Program-made: the position numbers and the translations under genes | The notes under the pieces: generated by a model | Told to the model about the DNA's origin: nothing | The model's input: only the letters and a program-made list of their open reading frames with translations | The model's database searches: none | In this document: positions 17,433 to 30,352 of the stretch, piece by piece | Layout of the letters: each line of letters starts with the position of its first letter | Position numbering within the stretch: position 1 is the stretch's first letter | DNA from: the human T2T-CHM13v2.0 reference genome, Homo sapiens | Reading direction: 5' to 3' (one strand) | DNA: 64,000 nt | Assembly: GCF_009914755.1 (NCBI RefSeq) | Contig: NC_060935.1

Positions 17433-17469
17433 AATAAAAAAAAAAAAATTAAAAAAAAAAAAAAAAAAA
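17433..17469 (+). terminator. L1 polyadenylation signal and A tail
   Basis: AATAAA at 17433; A tail interrupted by TT at 17449-17450. Confidence 0.85.
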
Positions 17470-17484
17470 GAAAAAGAAGTTGGG
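17468..17484 (+). repeat. 3' target site duplication of the L1HS
   Basis: aagaaaaagaagttggg. Confidence 0.93.
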
Positions 17485-18104
17485 ATGTAAATTTTTTTAT
17501 TTCTTTTCCAGAGTCTGCTCAAATTCTCATACATAAACCCTTACTTCCACCTGGTGGTTTCCCACAATGTGGAAAGTGATTATTGGGATTTCCCATGTAT
17601 ACTGAGTATTACTACACTTGAAATGAATCACGGTAACATGCAGGGATGATAAAATACAAACTATTTATATGAGGCACGAAGCTCATCTGTATTAAGTTTA
17701 AAATATATGAAATGATAAAATTCTAAAATATGCCCAAGTACAAAAATAAACCCATAATGTTGACATTCACTTTATTTTTTCCAAGAATATAACTTCTGTT
17801 TTCTAAAGATCTGAACCTGATTTTGTAGTATGTTGTCATGGCCTATGGACATGTGGCATGGGTTTCAACTAGCAGGCCAAAACTGTTAATGAGAACATTA
17901 ATATGACAAAATATGTAAATAGACGCCCTATAAAAAGGGTTCCTGGCCAAAAAAAGTTCAATATATATACCTCTTAGAGGTAAATGTATACAAATGCATA
18001 TTCACTTTTAAAGATGCTAGCGGTAATAAAATCATTTAACTTCTTTTTGTGTGCCTTGCCCTTCTTTTTCTTTATTACATTTTGTTGTTAATTCCAAAAG
18101 CCTG

Positions 18105-21100
18105 GTTTTCTTTTTTATTTCTTTTTCAACTTTTACTTTAGAATTGGGCGTGCATATGCAGGTCTGTTACATGGGTAAATTGCATGCCACTGGGATTTAG
18201 TGTACAAATAATTTTATTATCTAGGTAGTAAGCATAGTGCCTGATAGGTAGTTCATCAAACCTCATTCTTCTGCCACCTGCCACCTGAAGTAGTAGGCCC
18301 CGGTGGCTATGATTCCCCTCTTTGTATCCATGTGTACTTAAAGTTTAGCTCTGCATATACGTGAAAACATGAAGTATTTAGTTTTCTATTTCTGTGTTAA
18401 TTTGGTTAGGATAATGACATCCAGCTGCATACCAGTTGCTGCATTTGACACAATTTTGTTCTTTTATGGCTGCATAGTATTTCATGGTGTAAATGTACCA
18501 CATTTGCTTTATCCATCCACCACTGATGGGCATCTAGGTTAATTCCATGTCTTTGCTATTATAAATAGTGCTACAATAAACATACAAGTACATATGTCTT
18601 TTGGGTAGAATGGTTTGTATTCCTTTGGGGTATATACCCAGTAATGGCATTGCTGGATTGAATGGTAATTGTTTTAAGTTCTTTGAGAAATCTCCAAACA
18701 GCTTTCCATGGTGGCTGAACTAATTTATACTCACACCAACAATCTATAAGAATTCCCTTTCCTCTTCAACCTTACCAAAATCTGTTATTTTCTAACTTTT
18801 TAATAATAGCTACTCTGACTGGTTTGAGATGGTATCTCATTGTAGTTTTGAAATGAGTTTCTATCATGATTAGTGATAATAAACATTTGTTCATGTGTTT
18901 GTTGTCCATAAGTATGTCTTCCTTTAAGAAGTATCTGTTGATGTTCTTTGCCCATTTTTTATTAGGTTGTCTGTTTCTTGCTTGTTGATTTGTTCAAGTT
19001 GTTTATAGATCCTGGCTATTAGACCTCTGTTGAATGCACAGATTGCAAATATTTTCTCCCATTCTGCAGGTTGTCTACTCTCTATGGGTCCTTTTATTTT
19101 GCAGAAGCTTTTTAATTTAACTAAGTCCCTCTTGTCTATTTTTTCTTTTTGTTGGAATTGTTTTTGGAGACTTCATCATGAAATGCCAGAGCTGATGCCA
19201 GAATGATACGTTTTAGATTTTCTCACAGAGGTTTTATAGTTTTAGATCTTAAATATAAGTCTTCAACCCATCTTGAGTTCATTCTTGTATATGGTGAAAG
19301 GAAGGGGTCCAGTTTCAATCTTCTGTGTATGACTGGCCAGTTATACCAGAACCATTTATTGAATAGGGAGTACTTTCCCCATTGTTATTATTGTCGACCC
19401 TCTCAAAGATCAGATGACTGTAGGTGTGTGGATTTATTTCCAGGTTCTCTAACTTGCTCCATTGGTCTGTCTGTTTTCCTGCAAGTCCCATGTTATTTTG
19501 GTTACTGTAGACTTGTAGTATAGTTTGAAGTCAGAGAGTATGATGCCTCCAGCTTTGTTCTTTTGGCTTAGGATTACTTTGGCTATTCAAACTCTTTTAT
19601 ATTTAATATGAATTTTTGAATACCTTTTTCTAATTCTTTGAAAAATGTCATTGCTAGTTTGATACGAATAGCATTGAATCTTTACATTCCTTTGATCGTA
19701 TGGCCATTTTAACAATATTGATTCTTCCTATCCATGAGCATGGAATAATTTTCCATTTGTTTGTGTCTTCTCTGAATTCTTTCAGCAAGTGTTCTCATTG
19801 CAGAGATTTTTTACCTCCCTGATTAGCTATATTCCTATGTATTTCATTATTTTGTGGCTATTGTAAATGGGCTTGTGTTCTTGATTGGCTCTCAGCTTAG
19901 ATGATAGTGGTATATAGAAATGCTACTAATTCCTGTACATAGATTTTGAATCCTGAAATTTTATTGAAGTTGTTTATCAGTTCTAGGATCTTCTTGGCAG
20001 AGACTATAGGGTTGTCTGGGTATAAAATCATATCATCTGTGAAAAGAGATAGTTCAACTTCCTATCTGAATGTCTTTTATTTATTTTTCTTGCCTGGTTG
20101 CTCTGGCTAGGACTTTCAGTATTACATTAAATAGGAGTGGTGAGAGTGGTGATCCTTGTCTTGTTCCAGTTCTCAGAGGGATTGCTTCCACCTTTTGCCC
20201 ATTTAGTATGATGTTGGCTGTGGGTTTGCCATAGAGGCTCTTATTCTGAGGTATGTTCCTTTGATGCCTATTTGTTAAGGGGTTTTGACATGGGGAGATT
20301 TTCAATTTTATCGAAAGCTTTTTCTGAATCTGGTGAGATGCTCATGTGGTTTTTGGTTTTAGTTCTGTTTATGTGATGAATCAAATTTATTGATTTCCAT
20401 ATGTTGAACCAAGTTTGCATCCCAGGGATAAAGCCTACCTGATTGTGGTGGATTTGAATTTTGATGTGCTGCTGGATTCAGTTTGCTAGTATTTGGTTGA
20501 GGATTTTTGCACCTATGTTTACCTGGGATATTGGCCTGAAGTTGGTTTTTTTTTTTCACTGTGTCTCTGACAGGTTTTGGTATCAGAATGATCCTGCCCT
20601 CACAGAATGAGTTAGAGAGAAGTCCTCCTTCTTGCTTCTCTGGAGTAGTTTCAGTAGGATTTGTACCAGCTCTGCTTTATACATCTGGTAGAATTCAGCT
20701 GTGAATCCATTTCATCCTGGGCTTTTTCTGGTTAGTAGGTATTTTACTACTGATTCAATGTCAGAATTCATTATTGGTCTGTTCAGGGTTTCAATTTCTT
20801 CCTGGTTCAATCTTGGGACATTTTATGGTTCTAGGAGTTTATCCATTACTTCTAGGTTCTCTAGTTTCTGTGCATAGAAGTATTCATAATAGTTTCTGAG
20901 GATTTTTTGTATTCCTTTGGGGTCAGTAGTAATGTCTCCTTTGTCATTTCTGGTTGTGTTTACTTGGATCTTCTCTCTTTTTTTATTTATTATTCTAGCT
21001 AGCAGTTTATCAATCTTATGTATTCTTTTAAAGAACAAATTTTTTGTTTCATCTATATTTTGTATAAATTTTCATGTCTCAATTTTGTTGTATTAAGTTC

Positions 21101-22728
21101 TGATTTTTATTTCTCTTCTCCTTCTAGCTTTAGCATTAGTTTGCTCTTGTTTTCTCTAGTTTCTCTAGGTATAGTGTTAGATTCTCAATTTGAGACCTTT
21201 GTAACTTGTTAACATGGGCTTTTAGCTCTATAAACTTTCCTCTTAACACTGCTTTAGCTGTGTCCCAGAGATTTTGGTATATCTTTTTTTCATTGGTTCT
21301 AAAGAATTGTTTGATTTCTGCCTTAATTTCATTCTTTACCCAATAACAATTCTGGAGCAGATTACTTAATTTCCATATAATTGTATTGTTTTGAGATATC
21401 TTCTTGGTATTAATTTCCATTGTTATTTCACTGTGGTCTGAGAGTGTGGTTGGTATGATTTCATTTTTATTAAATTGTAGAGAACTGCTTTATGGCTGAG
21501 CATGTGGTCAATTTGTGAGTATGTTTCATGTGACAATGAAAATAATGTATATTCTGTTGTTGTTGGGTAGAGTATTCTGTAGATGTCCGTTAGGTCCTCT
21601 GGTCAAGTCTTGAGTTTAGGTCCTGAATGTCTTTGTTGGTTTTCTCAATGATCTCTCTAATACTGTCAATGGGGTATTGAAGTCTCCCACTACTTTTCTG
21701 TAGTTATCTAAGTCTCTTTGAAGACCCATAAGAACTTGTTTTGTGAATCAGAGTGCTCCAGTGTTGGGTGCATATATATTTAGGATAGTTAAGTCTTCTC
21801 GTTGAATTGAATGCTTTATCATTGTGCCCTTTGTCCTCTTTGATCAATATTAAAGTCATTTTGTGTGAAATAATAATGTGAAATAACAGCATCTCTGCTT
21901 TTTTTTTTTTGTTTTCTGTTTGTTTAATAAATCTTTTTCCATCCTTTTACTTTGAGCTATGGGTGTCACTGCATGTGAGACGGGTCTCTTAAAGACAGCA
22001 TACAGTTGGGTCTTTCTTCTTTATCCAATTTGCCACTCTTTGCCTTTTATTGGGGCATTTAGCCCATTTACCTTCAAGGTTATATTGATATGTGAGGACT
22101 TGATCTTGTCATCATGTTAGCTAGTTGTTATGTAGACTTGATTGTGTAATTGCTTTATAGTCTCAATGGACTATGTTATTATGTGTCTCTTTGTAATGGC
22201 AAGTACTGATCTTCTATTTCCATGTTTAGCTCTCCTTTAAGGACCTCTTGTAAGGCAGGCCTTATAGTAATGAATACACTTAGCATTTGCTTGTCTAAAA
22301 AGGATTTTATTTCTCCTTTGCTTATGAAGCTTAGTTTGGCTGGATATAAAATGCTTGGATGACAAACACCGCATGTTCTCACTCATAATTGTGAGTTGAA
22401 CAATGAGAACACATGGAGATGGGGGCGGAGGGCATCACACACCAGGACCTATCAGGGGGTGGGGGACTAGGGGAGGGATAGCATTAGGAGAAATACCTAA
22501 TGTAGATGACGAGTTAATGGGTGCAGCAAACCACCATGGTATGTGTACACCTATGTAACAAACCTGCATGTTCTGCACATGTACCCCAGAACTTAAAGTA
22601 TAATAAAAAAAAATTCTTGGTTGAAATATCTTCTATTTGCACATGCTGAATATAGGCCTCCAATCTTTTCTCCCTTGTAAGGTTTCACTGAAGGGCACAC
22701 TATTAACCTGATGCGGTTCCCTTTGTAT
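18105..22728 (-). mobile_element. old L1 (L1PA15/16-like), from ORF1 C-terminal part to poly(A); ORFs disrupted
   Basis: ORF2 fragments ([11 protein letters not shown]; [10 protein letters not shown]; [11 protein letters not shown]), ORF1 fragment (YPAKLSFISKGEIKSF), and 3'UTR plus T tract near 18105. Confidence 0.9.
22363..22612 (+). mobile_element. short 5'-truncated L1PA6-8-like 3' end nested in the old L1
   Basis: L1PA 3'UTR plus A tail; TSD aaaatgcttggatga (22348-22362) / aaaattcttggttga (22610-22624); host ORF1 is continuous across it. Confidence 0.88.
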
Positions 22729-23440
22729 TGCCAAAAGAGCATCCCAAGAGCCTGTTCCATGGTGTACCCATATTTTTTCTGGCAATGGCAATGTACTCAA
22801 CCAGCTTTGCTTCTGACTCATTCTGATTTGGTGACCACACCAACATGCCAAGACTGTCCCAGTCTTGGCTGCATCTTGCCAGTTTGGTGGGGTTGAAGTC
22901 AGTCACCACCACCTGGTACTGGGGTCTGCCCCTCATGCCACCACCACTGTGCTCCCCATGGCTGGACAAGCCCAAATGATCTGCCTTCATCCCAGGAGGT
23001 TCTGCTGCCATTGCCATTGAGATCCCCCCCTGCCAAATTTTTATTCTGGCTATTACTGGGAGCAGTGGCAGTTGAGGCAGCAGCAGCTGAGGTGTAGGTG
23101 GTGGCAGTGGACAAAGATGTGGGCAAGGCATGGGTGGCCAAGGTGGTAGCAGCAGCTGAGGAGGTGGCCAACATAGCTGTGTTGTTCCTCCCTCTCCACT
23201 TCTCTGAGACCTCAGGGCCCTTCTCCACCATGACTGGCATCAGCAGGGGCAAAAGTGCTGGGGACCCACAGCTCCTGAGGATGGGGTCCTGAGCCAGGAG
23301 GAGGGAATGTGGGTGGACATGGGGTGGGTGTGGGGCCTTTTAGGCAAAGTAGGAGCCCACAGGTGCAAGTTAGAGCTGGGGCAGGCCCAGATGAGCAGAG
23401 CAGAGCACAGTTGCTTCAATCTCCCAGTGCCAAACTGAGC
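22729..23440 (-). pseudogene. RCOR1: processed, 3'-truncated RCOR1 (CoREST) retrocopy: 5'UTR, N-terminus and part of the ELM2 domain
   Basis: Frames give MPVMVEKGPEVSEKWRGRNN (ATG at 23240), [58 protein letters not shown] and [10 protein letters not shown], matching RCOR1 MPAMVEKGPEVSGKRRGRNN...[75 protein letters not shown]. No introns; two frameshifts; 5' boundary approximate. Confidence 0.92.
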
Positions 23441-23906
23441 AATTTTGGTCTTATGACCACTTTCACTTCATTAGTATTCTTTTAACTTTAACCCACTATT
23501 TAATGGAAAAAATTAACCATCAATCCATTTTCTCACAAATCACCTTTTAGCATCTCATATGACTCTAGCATTCATCCATAGGCTTTAAGAAATACTGGCT
23601 TTAGGAAGTACTGGCTTCCACTGTAGTCATGATTTTCCTAGTTTGACACAAAAACTATTATTCACATGCTTTCTTAAAATACATAAATAAATAAAAGGCA
23701 AAAATGAGCTCTTCATTGAATCAACTGAACCAAAATTTGCGTAGTTCAATAAAGTTTAAATCATTCCGAAAGGCTAGGACACTTAAGTAATAATATGTGA
23801 GCCTAAACTATTAATTCGCAGCATAAATTCATCGTGGATCTTATTTCCAAATATAATTAAAATATATCTATGTCACTGAATTATTCTGTTAAAAATATTT
23901 TAATTC

Positions 23907-24043
23907 TTTTTCTTTTTCTTTTTTGTAGAGACAATGTCTCTCTGTATTGCCTAGGCTGGTCTCAAACTCCTAGCTTCAAGTGATCCTCCTGTCTCGGCTT
24001 CCCAAAGTGTTATGATTACACGCCTGAACCATCAGGCCTGGCT
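23907..24043 (-). mobile_element. Alu left monomer (FLAM_C-like)
   Basis: T tract followed by 'gtagagacaatgtctc...ggtctcaaactcctagcttcaagtgatcctcctg...cctggct'. Confidence 0.85.
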
Positions 24044-24079
24044 AGATATTCTAATTTTAATCTGATGTACACACTTCTA

Positions 24080-24230
24080 GGTAATGATTCCTAAACTTAG
24101 TGTTTATTAGAATTACCTCGGGTATTTATGTTAAAATGAAATTTCCTGGGATCCATATCAAAGTTTCTGAATCAGAATTATTGGGTGTAAGATGCAAGAC
24201 TGTACATTTTTAGCAAACATCTTAGGTAAC
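24080..24230. mobile_element. MER5-like hAT-Charlie MITE
   Basis: 'cctaaacttagtg...attagaattacct...ctgaatcagaatt...catttttagcaaacatc'. Confidence 0.5.
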
Positions 24231-24409
24231 ACAAAAAATTCCATCTCTAAAACTTTATTATTACAGGTGATTGCCAGCATGAGAGGATTTCTCTATCACA
24301 GTTCCAGAATGCCTAAGTTCATCTGCTTATGCTGATTAGGCTCAGTAAAGTCTAGATAAGTCCTTCCTGGTGCTCTACACTGGAAGAAAATATCTTTCGT
24401 CTACCATTT

Positions 24410-24486
24410 CTGCTTCTTTCACAATGACAAAACTGCCTAATGACCCTTTTCTCAAATACCCCATTGTTAAGTGAAGCATTGGTGTA
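24410..24486. mobile_element. Tigger3/4-like terminal fragment
   Basis: 'caatgacaaaactgcctaatgacccttttctcaaataccccattgttaagtgaagcattggtgta' is inverse-similar to the Tigger end at 28349. Confidence 0.5.
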
Positions 24487-25361
24487 TTGAAGAAACAAAA
24501 ACACTGCCAAATGTACCCAGGCAGATTTTCGAAAGAACAAATTAGAACATCTAGAAATATTAAATGTAATCATTAAAGTTAAAAATTCACTTGACTAGTT
24601 AAACTGAAGATTGTACATAGCTGCAGAAATAATTAATAAGGTGGAAGATAGTGCTAATATAAAAACTTACCCAGAATGCAGCTCAGAGTCACAAAGTAAT
24701 AAGAAATATAAGAGAGACACAAGAAACATATAGCATATTCAACTACCTAAAGGAAAGAAGAGCAAGAATAAAAGAGAGGCAATATTTAAAGAGTTAATAG
24801 TAGAGAATGTTTTCAATAAATGCATCTTAAATGAAAATTATATTCTATTGTTAACTCTAGGGAAAAAAGGGAAATCCAAAAAGGAGTATTCTGTAAGACA
24901 ATAAATAGTAGCAACCAAGTAACACAAGAAAAACGTAAATCAAAAGAATCTCACAATAAATTAAAAGGGAATTCATTTGGCATCAATACTTGGAACAGCA
25001 TTTATGTACAAATCACTTTGTCCCCAGCTTGCAGTATTCAATTATGATAATGTTTTCACAGTTACTTAAATCAGTTCTTTTCTTTCCCATCCACTGCAGT
25101 GTGGTTAGGTCATCCATCTATAATACAATTAGGTTCATTTCTTAGTATTGATATTCCTTTGTGGGTTCAATCTATATCCTGGTTAGTGTTGTTTAGTTTG
25201 GTGGTGTGTGAAGGGTATCTGAAATATTACTATAGTAATATTTCCATATTACCAGATTATTTGAAAAGATATACTCAGATAAGTATATCACATCCTGCTA
25301 CCTAAAGCCCACTGCATCACTTCCTTCCATCCTTTCCCACACACCCTCTGTGTATAAATAA

Positions 25362-25650
<289 letters not shown>

Positions 25651-26405
25651 ATGTGTAATTAATTTATCTGGTTTCTGATATATCCTACCTGTATTTCCTT
25701 CACACAAATAAGCAGACATCTGTGTATTTTTTAGATCCCCTTATTTCTTACATAAAGAGTAGAATATTATATTTTTCTTTTGAGCTTTGCTTTTTTTATT
25801 TGACAGTGTGTTCTGAAAATGATACCATATCAGTCTGTACAGATCTTCCTTATTCTTTCTTAACAGATGTACAGTACTCCATGTGGATTTGCCATAGCTT
25901 ATGTAGTTGCTCTCCTACATATGAACATGTAAGTTGTTTGCAATTTTTTATAATTAGAAACCATGCTATAATGAATAATTTTCTGCATATATATTTTTGT
26001 TTTATTGGAGTTATCTCTTTAGGATACATTGCTACAAGAAGGATTACTGGGCTGAAAGGTAAATGCACCTGTAATTTTTTACTAGGTATTGTCCATTTTC
26101 CCTCCAGAAGGGTTATATCAATTTGCATTGACATCACCAATATATGAAAATTTCTGTTTCTGCACAGCCTTGCAAATAGAATGTGTTATATTTTTTATAA
26201 GGGAAAAAATGATGTCTCAGTGCTATTTACATTTGTATTTCTCTAAATGAAAGTGAATTTGAGCATTTGTTCATATATTTCTGTGCCACTTTTATTTCTT
26301 GTGAATTTTCTGTTCTTATATTTTTCAAAAATTTTTATTGGCTTTTCAGTCATTTGTCCCTCAGTCTTTAAGACTTCTTTGTATATTAAGAATATTAGCC
26401 CTTTG

Positions 26406-27325
26406 TGGGCTAATATCCAGAATCTACAAAGAACTCAAACAAATTTACAAGGAAAAAGCAAACAACCGCATCAAAAAGTGGGCAAAGGATATGAACAGAC
26501 ACTTCTCAAAAGAAGACATCTATGGAGCCAACAGACACATGAAAAAATGCTCATCATCACTGGTCATCAGAGAAATGCAAATCAAAACCACAATGAGATA
26601 CCATCTCACGCCAGTTAGAATGGAGGTCATTAAAAAATCAGGAAACAACAGATGCTGGACAGGATGTTGAGAAATAGGAATGCTTTTACACTGTTGGTGC
26701 TAGTGTAAATTGGTTCAACCATTGTGGAAGACAGTGTGGCGATTCCTCAAGGATCTAGAACTAGAATTACCATTTGACCCAGCAATCCCATTACTTGGTA
26801 TATACCCAAAGGATTATAAATCATGCTACTATAAAGACACATGCACACATATGTTTATTGTGGCACTATTCACAATAGCAAAGACTTGGAACCAACCCAA
26901 ATGCCCATCAATGATAGACTAAATTAAGAAAATGTGGCACATATACACCATGGAGTACTATGCAGCTATAAAAAAGGATGAGTTCATGTCCTTTGCAGGG
27001 ACATGGATGAAGCTGGAAACCATCATTCTCAGCAAACTATCACAAGGACAGAAAACCAAACACTGCATGTTCTCATTCATATGTGGGAATTGAACAATGA
27101 GATCACTTGGACACAGGGCAGGGAACATCACACACCAGGGCCTGTTGGGCGGGTGGGGGCTGGGGGAGGGATAGCATTGGGAGAAATACCTAATGTAAAT
27201 GATGAGTTGATGGGTGCAGTAAACCAACATGGCACATGTATACCTACGTATCAAACCTGCACATTGTGCACATGTACCCTACAACTTAAAGTATATAATT
27301 TTTAAAAAGGTAAAATTTTTTTAAA
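26406..27325 (+). mobile_element. 5'-truncated L1PA6-like element
   Basis: ORF2 C-terminus and 3'UTR; perfect 18-bp TSD aagaatattagccctttg (26388-26405 / 27326-27343). Confidence 0.92.
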
Positions 27326-27729
27326 AAGAATATTAGCCCTTTGCCTGTGGTACAGGTTAAGAGTATTTTATTTATACATCAGATGTCCTTAATTTTGTTT
27401 ATGGTGTTAGTTGTCATGCAATTGGTAGTCAAATTTATCAATCTTTTCTTTCGTTTTCTCTAGAATTTGAGTCATAGTAGAAAGCATTTCCCTGTATCAA
27501 GATGAAAGAGGAATTCATGCATGTTTCATTGTTGTACTTATAGGATTTCATTTCTTATATTTAGATCCCTAATTAATTTGGAGTGAACTTTTGTGTATGA
27601 TGTGAGATATGGATCTAATTTTATCTTTTTCAAATTGCTACACAGTTATCTCAGAACCATTTATTAATGGTTGACTGAATTCTACTTGACTGAATTCTTT
27701 TCTTGTTGAGTTAATCATTGATTCTCTGA

Positions 27730-28083
<354 letters not shown>

Positions 28084-28348
28084 GAAGTATGAAAATTTTA
28101 TGTAACAGTGTATCATCTGCGAGTAAAGACAGTTTTATTGTTTCACCCGTTCTTGTGCCTCCAATTGATTTATCTTGCCTAATTGCATTGGCTGATTAAT
28201 CTAGTACAATGCTTAATAGTAGTGAAGATAGTTGGCATCTGTACCTTAGTCCCGATCTTAGTAAAACTGCCACTAGTGTTTCTTGATTTTAAAACATACT
28301 TGTTTTAGGACAAAACAATCCTAAAATTGTACTTTTAGGACAAAAGTA

Positions 28349-29530
28349 CAATCATGCATCATTTAACAATGAGGATACATTCTGAGAAATGTGTCATTAG
28401 GTGATTTCATCATTCTATAAAAATCATAGAGTGTACTTACACAAGCCTAGGTGATAAGGCCTGCTACACACTTACACTATATGGTGTAGCTTATTGCTCG
28501 TAGGCTACAAACCTGTACAGCATGTTATTGCACTGAATACTGTAGGCAATTATAGAACAATTATAAGTATTTGTGTATCTACACATACAAAAGATACAAT
28601 AAACATATGGTAAAAAATATAACAAATGAGATATCTGTATAAGGCCCTTACCAGGAATGGAGCTTGTGGGACTCTGATGAGTCAATGAGTGAGTGGTGAG
28701 TGCATGTGAAGGCCTAGGACATTACTACACACCACTGAAGACATTATAAACACTCTAAACTTTGGTTACACTAAATTTATATTTAAAATACTTTTATTTC
28801 TTCAATAATTACATTAGCTTAATATAACTTTTTTGCTTTCTAATTTTTCTAATTTTTTAAACATTTTTACTCTGTTGTAATAACACTTAGCTTAAAATGC
28901 AAACACATTGTACAGTGGAACACCATGTTTTCTTTCTTTATATCCTTGTTTGTTAAGATTTTTTCTACCAATTTTTTTTTTACTTTTTAAACTTTTTTTG
29001 TTAAAAACTAAGACACAAACACACATATTAGCCTAGGCCTATATGAGGTCAGGATCATCAATGTCACTGTCTTCCACCTGCATATTTTGCCCCACTGGAA
29101 GGTGTTCAGGGGCATGGAGCTGTCATCTGCTTTGATAATAATGCCTTCTTCTAGAATACCTTTCTGAAGGAACTGCCTGAGACGGTTTTCCAGGTAACTA
29201 TTTTTTTATATAAGTCAAAGGAGTACACTCTAAAAAATGATTTAAAAGTTTAGTACAGTAAACACATAAACCAGTAACACAGTCATTTATTATCATTATC
29301 AAGTATTACGTGCTGTGCATAATTGTATGTGCTAGACTTTTATACAACTGGCAGCACGGTAGGTTTGTTTATACCAGCATCGCCACAAACGCATGAGTAA
29401 TGCATTGTACTATGACATTACAACAGCTACAATGTCACTAAATAACAGAAATTTTTCAGCTCCGTTATAATATTATGGGACCACCATCATATAAGTGCTC
29501 TGGCATTTACCAAAGCTTAATATGTGTATG
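28349..29530. mobile_element. Tigger3 (Golem; Tigger3b-sized) TcMar DNA transposon, non-autonomous
   Basis: TA followed by 'caatcatgcatcatttaacaatgaggatacattctgagaaatgtgtcattagg...taggctacaaacctgtacagcatg'; about 1.2 kb. Confidence 0.85.
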
Positions 29531-29699
29531 TAAGGTGTGTAATAAAGTAATAACATACATGTATAATATATGTAATATGTAGAAATATACTAACACATAT
29601 GTATCTAATGCACTTTTTTTATCTACTATGACTGTGTCCTCAGTTGGCTCTCTAAAAAGTAGTTCTCCCTAACTTTAATGCTGTTTCGTAATGTGAGTT

Positions 29700-30020
29700 T
29701 TTTCATTACTATTCTCTACCTTTATATGTCAATAAATTTTCAATTCCTCTAATATACAGTCTATATTCAAATTGCCCTAACTGTCTCAAAAATGTCATTT
29801 GAATGGCTTTGTCCAAACCAGTACAGAACCCAGGTTTATGTATTGCATTTGGTTATAATATCCATTGTGTTCTTTTAACCCAACACAATTCCATTATTTC
29901 CCATTTTTTCCCAGGAGACAGCCTTGCTGAAGGGACAAAACTAGTAGCCCTTCAGTGTGTCTTACCTTCTGAATTTGTCTAACTGCTACCAGAGTGACAC
30001 TGAGCTTGTGCACTCTCTCC
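29700..30020 (-). mobile_element. L1MC-like 3'UTR fragment
   Basis: 'aatatacagtctatattcaaattgccctaactgtctcaaaaatgtc...tattgcatttggttat'. Confidence 0.5.
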
Positions 30021-30281
30021 CCTATATTTCCTCTTTGTTTATCCCTCCCTAAACTAGATGGTGAACTTTTAATGGTCCAGGATTGTGACCTGTTCATTTT
30101 TGTATTTCCAGATTTAATACCATGCCTGACTCATGGTCAAGTTTTAGTGTCTTTTTTTAATTAAATAAAATATGTATTGAATAAACCTGTGAAAGAGCAG
30201 TCATTGCTAAAGTTACCAGCAAGCCTTGGCATTTTTTTCAGCTTATTATGACCTAAAAAGTTCACTTATGTGTGCACACGT

Positions 30282-30352
30282 TCTCTCTCTCTCTCTCACA
30301 CACACACACGCGCGTACACGCACATACATACACACACACACACATATACACA
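30282..30352. repeat. compound (CT)n(CA)n microsatellite
   Basis: direct reading of the sequence. Confidence 0.85.

Noticed and set aside
22703-23252. Functional RCOR1-derived retrogene
   Set aside because: Homology is split over frames by two indels with an in-frame stop; SANT domains absent; CpG decay
23420-23460. TSD for the RCOR1-L1 chimera (ccaaactgagcaatttt vs ccaaaagcctggtttt near 18093)
   Set aside because: Similarity too weak to call
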